From Nitrospirota bacterium (GTDB lineage Bacteria; Nitrospirota; JACRHJ01): a stretch of 64,000 nt of DNA. The position numbers and the translations under genes were made by a program. The notes under the pieces are model-generated. The model made no database searches. It was not told the origin of the DNA and saw only the letters and a list, made by a program, of their open reading frames with translations. Each line of letters starts with the position of its first letter. The stretch's first letter is position 1. The stretch spans positions 153,877 through 217,876 of the forward strand of contig CAWJRJ010000018.1 in NCBI GenBank assembly GCA_963845245.1. The letters run 5' to 3'. Below, one piece after another: positions 1 through 9,865 of this stretch.

Positions 1-2
1 AG

Positions 3-257
3 AGGCTGCTCGATTTCGGCTTCTATGCCCCGACGGTATACTTCCCGCTCGTGGTGGATGAGGCGATAATGATCGAGCCGACCGAGACGGAATCGAAGCA
101 GACGCTGGACGCATTCGTGGACGCGATGGTCGAGATTGCGCGCGAGGTTATCGAGACGCCCGAGAAGGTCCTGAACGCCCCGCACACCACACCGCTTTCC
201 CGCCTTGACGAGACCGAGGCCGCACGGCATCCGGTGATAAGGTACATTCCTAAATAA
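3..257 (+). CDS. gcvPB: Glycine dehydrogenase (decarboxylating) subunit 2, C-terminal part (truncated by window start)
   Basis: Translation [38 protein letters not shown]...[19 protein letters not shown] matches the GcvPB C-terminus. Confidence 0.92.
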   Translation, partial: RLLDFGFYAPTVYFPLVVDEAIMIEPTETESKQTLDAFVDAMVEIAREVIETPEKVLNAPHTTPLSRLDETEAARHPVIRYIPK

Positions 258-331
258 TAAATGTAAGTAAACTTTATTGTTGCTTTTCTGATATAGATTG
301 CGCATAATTCCTCGAAATTAAATCGAGGAAT

Positions 332-3300
332 ATGGAATATAAAAGTAACAGGATTTTGATAGTTCTGACGCTCGCTGTCCTCCTTTTTTGCAGTGTGAGG
401 ATAAGCGCGGCGGCGTCTGAACTCCAGCACACGAACTGGGATCCTAGCATTGACGGGGACTGCACGGTCTGCCATGTTTCACCTTCGACTTTCCTGAATC
501 AAGACTACAAAGACGATCCCGGCTTCTGCGTTGCCTGCCATAACCCGTCCGGTGTGGGGCATGACAAGGGTGTTTCCGGATATTCACATCCTGTAATGGC
601 GATTGTGACTACGGGTGGAAACAGGTTCCCCACGTATGGAAACATGACTGCGGCCGAGGCTAACAATCAGCCATTTTCCAGGCTAAGGAACGGGTCGATG
701 GTGTCATGCATTACATGCCACAACACAATGCAAAAGACCGAAGACGCCTCCAGGGTATGGGAGTACACTTCCACCAGCGACAATACAACATACAGGCTTC
801 AGAACGGCGGATGGTCTTCTCATGGATATTTGAAGCCGTTGGTATACAGTGATACAAACCTGTGGTCCGGCCCGACTTATTCAAAGAGCAAAAAGGCCTA
901 TGTTGTCGACAAGTCAGAATACTCCTTTAACGAGTACTCGGGATTTGTCAGGTTCAATGCACAGCAACCTGACCCGACCTATATATATGTTACTCTTGAT
1001 TATCCTTACCTGCGTGCGTCAAATCTCGATAACCATCTTTGCCTGGACTGCCATACACAGGCCACGCATAAAGACAACAATTGTCTCGTCTGCCACACAG
1101 CCCACAATACAGCCAACAAAAGCGGCGTGAGGGAGATAATAAGGACGACAGACCTTTCCGAGAGGCCGGTTGTATTCAGGAACCAGTCCGGCATGAACTC
1201 CTTTGCCGACGGCGATGGGGTCTACGACGGTATATGCGAGGTTTGCCACACGGCAACCAAGTATTACAGACGGGACGGAAGTGGGTTTACAAACCATTCG
1301 GGCGGAGTCGATTATTCAAGAGCAAGCTGTATTGAATGTCATAGGCACTCTGAAGGTTTTGCCTATAAACCACCTACTTTTGAGACGAACACCACTGTTG
1401 TACCGCCTACGCCGACCGCCCCGAACCTTGCCGGTACCCGCGGCGGTTACAAGAGGATTTATGTAGGTCTGGCAAATCCTATCCGCTCGGGTAATGACGC
1501 GGATTTCCAATATACCATGATATATTGGAAGCAGGGAGCCTACACCGACCCTTATCTCGACACAAGTGGGATGCCAACTGTCGGGTACTATGTGCTACCA
1601 AACAGCGATTGCGGCATTCCAGGGAAGTTCACCGGCACCGGCACTATCACAACAATCTTCAATGACGAGAACACGGTGCTTCCTAATAACGTAGAGCCCA
1701 ACCTGCAAGCATCGCAATACACGTTGATTGCGGTCTCTCATTACAGTTGCAGAGGTTTCGTTACAAACAATACGACCGCTTCTGTTCAACCATACCTTTG
1801 CGGTGACGACCCGGAATTCCCTGGCGCGCCGCCTATAAACGGCGGGGTGAACCCGAGCCCGCCTTATCAGGCTTATGGCGGGTTAAACGTTACCAGAAGC
1901 GGGGGATGCCTACTTAGCGACCCCGTAACCGGAGTGGAAACAAGGCAGCCTATAAGCTTTACTTTTTCTTATGGCGGCGAAGGCGTTATTTATGATTATG
2001 CGGGTGTTTATGTTGAAAAAAGAGAAAACGGCACTCTCCTTGGAAGCTGGGGCCCGCTCTGGTCGAGTTTCGTTGATCCGGCGCCGGCACTCGATTCGGA
2101 CGGCCACCACTATGACTACTGGTTCAAGCTTGCCGACTGTGCATATGTCAACGGAACTAACACGACGGATATAACATCCGACGCTGATGCCATGAAGATA
2201 AACGGCGTTGCGCCTGGAGACATTACCGAGCAGACTGGCGGCAAGGTGGTCGTATTCGGGAGTTTCTCCTCGATACCGGGTGGCTCGTTTTATCACAACG
2301 CCGTCAAGTTCAATATAGTAAATACTGCGGCTTGCAATATCAGTTTACAATCGTTCGACAATATCACATGGAACAATGCCGACGCGTATTTGCAGAACGT
2401 AATCATAGGGCCGTCGACCCCGATAGGGGGTACGGCTGCTTATCAACAGGACGTTGCCGTGCCTGACGGGTCGGTTTTGTCCGGTACAAACCGCGTTGCT
2501 TCCGTGCCATTTACAACCAATCCATTGATCCAGGACTTTGGTACGGCCGTGGGTCCATCTATGGCGATACCGGTGACGCTTGTATTCACCAACTCGTCCG
2601 GAGGCATGGACCAAATTGTAGACATGAGGAACACGACCATTACGCTGAATGCAAAATACATTAACACCTCCACAAACGGCACCTGCTCGAAAAACGGGAC
2701 AATAAGTGTATCGCTTGGGCCAGTAATTTCCGGCGTCGAACAGGACAAACCTCTGTCATCTACCCTCCCGTTTGCCGTACCGGGAAGTTCAGGTACTAAC
2801 ATTCCTCCGGCTATAATTGTAGACAGCGGAACGACGGCCAATGTCATCGGTTATGTGAATGATCTGGATGCCGCCCTTTCTTCGGTCAAGCTTTACTATA
2901 AGACTACAGGGCAGGGCGTGACCAGTGTTGACGGTTCCGGGTTTACTGAGTTGAACCTGCTTAACCCCAGCAGTAATATTTACACCCTTACGGATGGCAA
3001 CACTGATAACAGGATACCGATTTCGGATGGACTTAGGGTCTGGTATTACTTTGTCGCGAGGGATACCGCCGGGAATTTCGACACCTCGCCAGCGGCAGGC
3101 AACGGCTATTACACGTACGACCAGAAAATAGTCAACATATGCGACAAGACCCCGCAAGCCCCTGTGCTGACCGCAACAAAGACTACCGTTGGGCCTACCG
3201 ATTACGGCCATCTTTCTTGGACGGTCGTGACAAAATATACCGATGGCTCAGACATCCAATTGTCGGGAACTGCTGCGGACGCCATAAAATACGACGTCTA

Positions 3301-4237
3301 CAGGCAGGACGGGTTTACCGGAAGTCTCGTGAATATAGCGTCCAACCTTACTGCCCTCATGTACGACGATCCGACTGCGCTTACACAGCCTGCAACGTAT
3401 TATGTGAAGGCGAAGAACGCATGTACAGACCCAGGACCTAATGTAAGCTCGCAATCTAATCTTGGCACAATCTGCGCAGGAACGTCGGCTTCATGCGCCG
3501 TAGTCGTCGATCCGTCGGTAGCATCGCTTAACACCAACTGGAGCAACCACACACTTGATGCACCTGTACCGGTGGACCTTTCTGTTTTCATCTGCGACAG
3601 GGTGAACGACGGGGGCGTCTGGGACGGAGTTGATATTAGAAGCAGGATTATAATGACGATCTCTTCGGCGGCCGAGCCAAACCAGATTATCTATCTGTAT
3701 GAGGTGAACGGAGACAGTGGGGTATTCAAGCCGCTCGCCAACCCGAATATTCCGTTCCCCACGGACGCAGACGCATCAAAAATCAGCATAACAGCAAACC
3801 CCGCGCTGTACACCGGTGTTACCCTTGTGCAGGGTGCCACTACGGCCACAAACCTTTCGGATACCGTTACCTTTACGACCGATGCGGGATGCGGAAACGT
3901 GAGCGCCAGCGTCGCTGTATCCACAGACCCGTGTTCAAATACTCCAGTACAGGTCACCGGCGTCACGACGCCTACGGTAACTGGTTCCGGTAGCACTGCA
4001 GTTGTTGGGTTCTCGTGGATGCAGGTGACTATCAACACTGACGGGTCTACGATTAACGACCTGGTAAAATATAGGATATATAAGAATGACGTGTTGTACA
4101 AAGAAGTTACAACCAACTCGATATCTGTTTCAATAACGGATTTTGCAAGGAATGTTCCAACTATATTAACGGTTTCGGCTGTTGATTCCTGCGGTAACGA
4201 AGGCGCGAAGTCGGCTGGTGTGGGTTTCACGAGATAA
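332..4237 (+). CDS. Secreted multiheme cytochrome c (7 CxxCH) with long beta-rich FN3/Ig-like C-terminal region, 1301 aa
   Basis: Signal peptide; CTVCH, CVACH, CITCH, CLDCH, CLVCH, CEVCH, CIECH within the first ~340 aa; remainder Thr/Ser/Gly/Asn-rich with FN3-like (L/F)SW...DGS...Y.(V/I)Y motifs. Confidence 0.85.
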   Translation: MEYKSNRILIVLTLAVLLFCSVRISAAASELQHTNWDPSIDGDCTVCHVSPSTFLNQDYKDDPGFCVACHNPSGVGHDKGVSGYSHPVMAIVTTGGNRFPTYGNMTAAEANNQPFSRLRNGSMVSCITCHNTMQKTEDASRVWEYTSTSDNTTYRLQNGGWSSHGYLKPLVYSDTNLWSGPTYSKSKKAYVVDKSEYSFNEYSGFVRFNAQQPDPTYIYVTLDYPYLRASNLDNHLCLDCHTQATHKDNNCLVCHTAHNTANKSGVREIIRTTDLSERPVVFRNQSGMNSFADGDGVYDGICEVCHTATKYYRRDGSGFTNHSGGVDYSRASCIECHRHSEGFAYKPPTFETNTTVVPPTPTAPNLAGTRGGYKRIYVGLANPIRSGNDADFQYTMIYWKQGAYTDPYLDTSGMPTVGYYVLPNSDCGIPGKFTGTGTITTIFNDENTVLPNNVEPNLQASQYTLIAVSHYSCRGFVTNNTTASVQPYLCGDDPEFPGAPPINGGVNPSPPYQAYGGLNVTRSGGCLLSDPVTGVETRQPISFTFSYGGEGVIYDYAGVYVEKRENGTLLGSWGPLWSSFVDPAPALDSDGHHYDYWFKLADCAYVNGTNTTDITSDADAMKINGVAPGDITEQTGGKVVVFGSFSSIPGGSFYHNAVKFNIVNTAACNISLQSFDNITWNNADAYLQNVIIGPSTPIGGTAAYQQDVAVPDGSVLSGTNRVASVPFTTNPLIQDFGTAVGPSMAIPVTLVFTNSSGGMDQIVDMRNTTITLNAKYINTSTNGTCSKNGTISVSLGPVISGVEQDKPLSSTLPFAVPGSSGTNIPPAIIVDSGTTANVIGYVNDLDAALSSVKLYYKTTGQGVTSVDGSGFTELNLLNPSSNIYTLTDGNTDNRIPISDGLRVWYYFVARDTAGNFDTSPAAGNGYYTYDQKIVNICDKTPQAPVLTATKTTVGPTDYGHLSWTVVTKYTDGSDIQLSGTAADAIKYDVYRQDGFTGSLVNIASNLTALMYDDPTALTQPATYYVKAKNACTDPGPNVSSQSNLGTICAGTSASCAVVVDPSVASLNTNWSNHTLDAPVPVDLSVFICDRVNDGGVWDGVDIRSRIIMTISSAAEPNQIIYLYEVNGDSGVFKPLANPNIPFPTDADASKISITANPALYTGVTLVQGATTATNLSDTVTFTTDAGCGNVSASVAVSTDPCSNTPVQVTGVTTPTVTGSGSTAVVGFSWMQVTINTDGSTINDLVKYRIYKNDVLYKEVTTNSISVSITDFARNVPTILTVSAVDSCGNEGAKSAGVGFTR

Positions 4238-4402
4238 AACTAGGAATATAACTATTAGATCTGTTCTGAGATATCTGTAATATTGTTGACTTATCCCCTC
4301 AAAACCCATACCCCTTGCTTTTATACTTGACTACCGTTGGACGCTATCATAAAATTCGTTGTCATTGTTTTATCGGGAATTATAGTCATAGGAGGAGGAT
4401 TT

Positions 4403-5167
4403 ATGAAGAGATTTATTATGGGAGTCGCGGGGTTGAGCATGTTCATGTGCATAACCGCAAATGCATTCGCTGGCGGTGCAAAGGTCACAGTCATAAAGGC
4501 TATACCGACCACAATAAGTTTGCCTGGCGTCTACACCCTTGGGGCCAACCTTACTTCAGCGTCGTCTACCGCGCACGCAATAACCGTGAACGCCGACAAC
4601 GTTGTCATCGACATGGCTGGATACGGCATCAGGGGCACAGGCATCGGCGAGGCCGACGGCATATTTGTGAACGGTACGGGAGTCGAGATAAGAAACGGTT
4701 CCGTAACGGGTTTCTTAAATGGAATCCTTGGTAATAACGGAGGGGTGCGAATTATCAATGTCAAGGTTGCTTCGATCTATAGCTATCCTATATACATCAC
4801 CGGCAACGGTAACCGCGTTAAGGATTGTACGGTGACGGGCGGCAACTACGCCGGTATAGTAGTTCAGGGCTACGGAAGCATAATCACTGGAAATACTGTA
4901 TATGGAATGTTAACCACTGGTTCCGGAATCTTTAGTGGCGGCGCCAACTATATCAGCGGCAACACTATCTATTCCAACACCGGATCTGGGATAATCGCGA
5001 ATCCAGGCAGTGCAGTACTGGGAAACACCGTGCATGATAACGGCGTAAAGGGCATAAATAACGATGTAGGCTACGCACTGATAAACGACAACGCCGTATA
5101 TAACAACGCCGGTGGCAACATTATCCCCGGGGCCGGCACCGTTACCGGCATTAACCTCGCGCCTTAG
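4403..5167 (+). CDS. Secreted right-handed parallel beta-helix protein (NosD/pectin-lyase-like fold), paralog 1
   Basis: GGAGGAGG RBS before ATG 4403; signal peptide ending AFA; repeated I.GN.(I/V)..N...GI motifs. Confidence 0.8.
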   Translation: MKRFIMGVAGLSMFMCITANAFAGGAKVTVIKAIPTTISLPGVYTLGANLTSASSTAHAITVNADNVVIDMAGYGIRGTGIGEADGIFVNGTGVEIRNGSVTGFLNGILGNNGGVRIINVKVASIYSYPIYITGNGNRVKDCTVTGGNYAGIVVQGYGSIITGNTVYGMLTTGSGIFSGGANYISGNTIYSNTGSGIIANPGSAVLGNTVHDNGVKGINNDVGYALINDNAVYNNAGGNIIPGAGTVTGINLAP

Positions 5168-5218
5168 CCGCAAACAATATCATAAAGTATTTTTTATATT
5201 CGAATCAGGAGGCAGGAA

Positions 5219-5980
5219 ATGAAGAGATACATAATAACATTATTTGTTGTTGCAATTTTGGCCATGTCGGATCAGGCCGCTTTTGCCAAAGGGCCCATTG
5301 TCATCAAAGCGCTGCCGGTTACTATCAGCGTGCCGGGGCAATATATACTCGGGGGCAATCTGATCTCGACGTCGTCTGGAATTGAAGCTATAACCATCAC
5401 AGCTGACAATGTTGTACTGGATATGGGCGGTTACGGAATAAAGGGACAGGACAGCGGCACTGCAGCCGGGATATATGTGGTAGGCACGGGCGTCGATATA
5501 AAGAACGGGTTCGTGACGGACTTCTATGACGGGATTGTGTCAAGCAGCGTCGGCGTGCGCGTAATAAACGTGAGGACCTATTCGAACAACCATTACGGAA
5601 TATTGCTTGAGGGCAATGGTTCTTTAGTGAAGGACTGCGCTGTGGAGGACAACACCGACACCGGCATTGCTATGATAAACGGCATCGCTGTTGGCAACAT
5701 AGTGCATGGATCTATTGTTGGTATAAGTGCACCCGATGGCCGATTCACCGCCACCGGCAACGCGGTCTACGATAACAACGCCGGGATATCCTGCGGACCG
5801 GGAAGCCTAATATCAGACAACGTAGTCTACGGCAATGTAGCTACCTATGGCATAGAATCAACTGCCGGTTACTGCTTCGTAAACAACAACGCTATATACC
5901 ACAACGGCGAAACCAGCGCTCTCGGTAATCTGGTGCTGCTGGGATCGGGTAACGTACCGGGCATTAACCTCGCGCCATAA
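5219..5980 (+). CDS. Secreted right-handed parallel beta-helix protein, paralog 2
   Basis: AGGAGG RBS; signal peptide ending AFA; collinear similarity to paralog 1, same GINLAP C-terminus. Confidence 0.8.
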   Translation: MKRYIITLFVVAILAMSDQAAFAKGPIVIKALPVTISVPGQYILGGNLISTSSGIEAITITADNVVLDMGGYGIKGQDSGTAAGIYVVGTGVDIKNGFVTDFYDGIVSSSVGVRVINVRTYSNNHYGILLEGNGSLVKDCAVEDNTDTGIAMINGIAVGNIVHGSIVGISAPDGRFTATGNAVYDNNAGISCGPGSLISDNVVYGNVATYGIESTAGYCFVNNNAIYHNGETSALGNLVLLGSGNVPGINLAP

Positions 5981-5992
5981 AAAGATCCCATA

Positions 5993-6901
5993 ATGGAACT
6001 TTTCCTCCAGCAAATCATAAACGGCCTGACAGTCGGCGCGGTGTACGCCCTGATAGCCCTCGGCTACACGATGGTGTACGGCATACTTGAGCTTATAAAC
6101 TTCGCGCACGGCGAGATATACATGCTGGGCGCGTACCTGGGGATAATCGTCCTCGGGTTCCTCACAGTAATCGGCCTTACGGCTATGAGCCTGCCGCTCG
6201 CTATATTCATAACTATAATCCTGGCGGGAGCAATCTGCGCGGCGTACGGCATGACGATGGAGAAGGTGGCGTACAAGCCCCTGCGGAACGCGCCCAAGCT
6301 CGCCCCGCTGATTTCCGCGATGGGCGTCTCGATATTCCTCCAGAACTACGTCATGCTGACGCAGGGCGCGACTGACAAGGTGTTCCCGAACATCATCCCA
6401 AAGGCGTCGGTGAACTTCCTCGGCGCGGACGTGACGTACATCCAGATATTCATCATGGCCGCGTCAGTCATACTGATGGGGGCCCTGCACTTCTTCATCA
6501 TGAAGACGAAGATGGGCAAGGCGATGCGGGCGACCGCGCTGGACAAGAAGATGGCGGGGCTTTTGGGGATTAACGTCAACTCCATAATCTCGATGACCTT
6601 CATGATAGGCTCGTTCCTCGCGGCCGTGGCGGGCGTGATGGTCGCGATGTACTACGGGCTGGTGAACTTCTCGATAGGCTACCTCGCGGGCATGAAGGCC
6701 TTTACGGCGGCGGTGCTGGGCGGCATTGGCAACGTGCCCGGCGCGATGCTGGGCGGTTTTTTGCTAGGAGTGCTTGAGAGCCTGGGGGCGGGGTATCTGT
6801 GGCCGGAGTACAAGGACGCGTTCGCGTTCATCGTGCTGGTGCTCATCCTTATAATCAGGCCGCAGGGGCTGCTCGGGGCGAGGGTGCCGGACAAGGTGTA
6901 A
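5993..6901 (+). CDS. livH: Branched-chain amino acid ABC transporter permease LivH
   Basis: QQIINGLTVGAVYALIALGYTMVYGILELINFAHGE and KAFTAAVLGGIGNVPGAMLGG motifs. Confidence 0.93.
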   Translation: MELFLQQIINGLTVGAVYALIALGYTMVYGILELINFAHGEIYMLGAYLGIIVLGFLTVIGLTAMSLPLAIFITIILAGAICAAYGMTMEKVAYKPLRNAPKLAPLISAMGVSIFLQNYVMLTQGATDKVFPNIIPKASVNFLGADVTYIQIFIMAASVILMGALHFFIMKTKMGKAMRATALDKKMAGLLGINVNSIISMTFMIGSFLAAVAGVMVAMYYGLVNFSIGYLAGMKAFTAAVLGGIGNVPGAMLGGFLLGVLESLGAGYLWPEYKDAFAFIVLVLILIIRPQGLLGARVPDKV

Positions 6902-6911
6902 TGGCAAAGCT

Positions 6912-8075
6912 ATGATGGCAAACAAATACATAAAGACTGTCCTGATAGCCCTATGGTTCGGCCTGCTCGCGATACCGTTCGCGGGGCTTACCAAGGCCGC
7001 ATACATCGCGGGCGCGGTGCTGGCTGGCGTGGCCGTCGTGAGTGTATTAAAGTCATCTGAGGAACAATTCCACCGAGTATACGCAGTGCCGGGAAGGTGG
7101 ACGATTTCATAAACAGCGCGATGAGCGGCCGGAACAGATACGCGGTAATGTCGGTAACGCTCGTGCTCCTCGTGGTGTTCCCGTTCGTCGCAAACAGGTA
7201 CGCGCTCGACCTGGCGACACAGGCCGGGATATACATCGTCCTTGCTCTTGGAGCTGAACATTGTCGTCGGCCAGACCGGACTTCTGGTGTTCGGGTACGT
7301 CGCGTTCTATGCGGTTGGGGCGTACACCTACGCGATACTCTCCACCGCCCACGGTTTCAGCTTCTGGGCCGTCCTGCCGATTGCTGCATTCTTCGCTGGG
7401 ATATTCGGGATACTGCTCGGCGCGCCCGCGCTAAGGCTTCGGGGCGACTACCTCGCTATCGTGACGCTCGGCTTCGGTGAGATTACAAGGATAGTGCTGA
7501 ACAACTGGGACAGCCTGACGGGCGGACCGAATGGGATATCCGGTGTAGCCAGGCCGTCCATCGGCCCGTTTGTGTTTTCAAGTCTGAACCACTTCTACTA
7601 CCTCGTGCTTGTCCTGGTCATACTGACGATAATAGTGGTGAGCCGCCTGAACGATTCGAGGGTAGGGCGGGCATGGATAGCTATACGCGAGGACGAGGTC
7701 GCCGCGGAGGCGATGGGCGTTAACACCTTCGCATTCAAGATGCTCTCGTTCGGGCTGGGCGCGGTGGTTGCGGGGCTTGCAGGTGCGTTCTATGTGGCCA
7801 AGATGGGCTTTGTCAGCCCGGAGAGTTTCAACTTCTTCGAGTCGGTGATAATACTCTGCATGGTGGTGCTTGGCGGCATGGGCAGCATACCGGGCGTGGT
7901 GTTCGGCTCGCTGGTGCTCTTCCTCATGCCGGAGGCGCTTCGGGACTTCCAGCAGTACAGGATGCTGATATTCGGCGGCTCGCTTGTCATGATAATGGTG
8001 TTCCGGCCGCAGGGCTTCATAGGCACCAGAAGGACCGGGATAGAGCTTGCCCACAAGGAAGCAGGGAACCTATGA
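6912..8075 (+). CDS. livM: Branched-chain amino acid ABC transporter permease LivM (two apparent frameshifts near 7090 and 7250)
   Basis: LNIVVGQTGLLVFGYVAFYAVGAY, LRLRGDYLAIVTLGFGEI and GRAWIAIREDE motifs spread over three frames. Confidence 0.88.
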
Positions 8076-9203
8076 CCTTATCCCGTGTACCGGAAAAATA
8101 TTCTTCCGCAAGATAGACAGCATTTTCTCCGCACCAAGCCTTTGGGCCTTCAGCTCTTTAGCCGCAAGATGTAACGGCTCATCCCTGAGAAGTTTCCCCG
8201 ACAGGCCATTCTCCTTAAGCAAAGCAATATATGACGCGGGCAACTCGTTCGGAAGGTCTATCCCGGCCATGATGCCAAACGCGAGCGACCATGCGCGCGC
8301 TACGTTGGCCACGTCATAGCCTCCACCGCCCATACCGACCCATGGGATGCCTGACTTTGCAAACCAGTCCACCATCTTAGTAAAGCCGTTGGTAGTCACG
8401 TTCAGGTGGGCTAGGGGGTCTGTAGCGAAGCTGTCGCAGCCGAGCTGGGTGACTATTATGTCCGGGCAGAACGCCGCAATCAGTGGCGGCACAAGCTCAA
8501 AGAATCCCCACGTGAATACCTCGTCGCCTGTTCCCGGCAGTAATGGCAGGTTTACGGAAAACCCAAGCCCCTTGCCGCTTCCGGATTCTTCAGGTGACCC
8601 CGTGCCGGGGAATAGGTAATGCCCGTCTTCGTGGAGCGAAATCGTGAGCACACGGTCGGTCTCGTAGAATATCTTCTGGACGCCGTCTCCGTGGTGGGCG
8701 TCGATGTCAATGTAGGCGACCTTCACTCCTTTATCGACGAGGTATTGGATGGCAACGGCGGGGTCGTTGATATAGCAGAATCCTGAGGCCCGGCCGGGCA
8801 TTGCATGGTGAAGCCCGCCGGCGATGTTGAAGGCTGTTTTTGATTTTCCTGAGTGTACGAGTATTGCGGCCTGGAGAGATGCCCCGGTCGAGAGCATGGA
8901 GCCCGCATAAATGCCCTTGAAGACAGGGTTGTCTCCGTAGCCAAGCCCGTACCTTGAGGGGTCTCCAGGGGTTTTGCCTTCATCTATTCCTTTAAGGACT
9001 TCTATGTAATCGCGGTTGTGGACTGCCTCGACGTCTTTCGGGCTGGCGGACATGGTCTCAACGAACTCGACGTCTTCATTGCTGAAGACGCCGTATGCCT
9101 TGAGAAGTTGGTGAGTGAGTTTTAAACGGACCATCTTGAGCGGGTGTCCGCCGCCGTAGTCGTACTCCTGCATCTTTTCGGTGTAGATGAAGGAGGTACT
9201 CAT
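8070..9203 (-). CDS. acuC: AcuC / class I histone-deacetylase-family Zn deacetylase
   Basis: GGLHHA, SGFCYIND, YIDIDAHHGDGVQ, DPLAHL and GGGGY motifs. Confidence 0.85.
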   Translation of the reverse strand: MSTSFIYTEKMQEYDYGGGHPLKMVRLKLTHQLLKAYGVFSNEDVEFVETMSASPKDVEAVHNRDYIEVLKGIDEGKTPGDPSRYGLGYGDNPVFKGIYAGSMLSTGASLQAAILVHSGKSKTAFNIAGGLHHAMPGRASGFCYINDPAVAIQYLVDKGVKVAYIDIDAHHGDGVQKIFYETDRVLTISLHEDGHYLFPGTGSPEESGSGKGLGFSVNLPLLPGTGDEVFTWGFFELVPPLIAAFCPDIIVTQLGCDSFATDPLAHLNVTTNGFTKMVDWFAKSGIPWVGMGGGGYDVANVARAWSLAFGIMAGIDLPNELPASYIALLKENGLSGKLLRDEPLHLAAKELKAQRLGAEKMLSILRKNIFPVHGIRS

Positions 9204-9865
9204 CAGGCCCTTCCACCCATGGTGTTCCCGAAAACGTTATCCGCTGTCTTAATGGCCTTGGGGACGTATTCGGTCTCTTTTATGATTACGTTGGAGGTCT
9301 CCCAGAACGAGGAGAGCAGCTTGATACTGAGTGGTGCGTCCTTGAGTGGGCTACCCTTCGGTATACGTACGCTTGTACTGGATAAGCTGAGTTTTGATAT
9401 GAAGTGATTTTGTGTAAAGACGACGTTGTCGCCTTTCATGCAGAGGAACGGGAAGTTGGCCTGAAACGGCACGTCCTTGATCAAAGGACGTACCCTGATT
9501 CCCGCGACAGGCCCGTTTGCGTTTGCAACCTCAAGGTCTATTGTATTCTTGCCGATGTCCCATGAGAACTGGCCCATACCGCACTCTTCGCTGGCGCCTC
9601 CCTTGTCCCCCATGAAATGCTCAAGCAGAAAGCCCTTACGCTCCCTGTAGTCGGCATAAGCCCGAAGGAGTGCAAATTCGCTGATACTCTCGTCGGCGGA
9701 CTTCCCGTAGCGCGCTGCATACAGGCCGCCGATAGTCATGCCGGGCAGGAATTCGATTATCTTGAGGGACGGGTTTATATTTTGTCGTATATTTCCCACA
9801 GGCATGAGGTAGAAGACCATTATGCAAATGTTCTTATAGCCGGGCTGTTGAGAAAGTTTAACCAT
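9203..9865 (-). CDS. Hypothetical protein, possible degenerate acetoacetate-decarboxylase-like fold
   Basis: PGMTIGGLYAARY...SISEFALL segment resembles Adc-like proteins; coupled to neighbours by overlaps. Confidence 0.4.
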   Translation of the reverse strand: MVKLSQQPGYKNICIMVFYLMPVGNIRQNINPSLKIIEFLPGMTIGGLYAARYGKSADESISEFALLRAYADYRERKGFLLEHFMGDKGGASEECGMGQFSWDIGKNTIDLEVANANGPVAGIRVRPLIKDVPFQANFPFLCMKGDNVVFTQNHFISKLSLSSTSVRIPKGSPLKDAPLSIKLLSSFWETSNVIIKETEYVPKAIKTADNVFGNTMGGRA

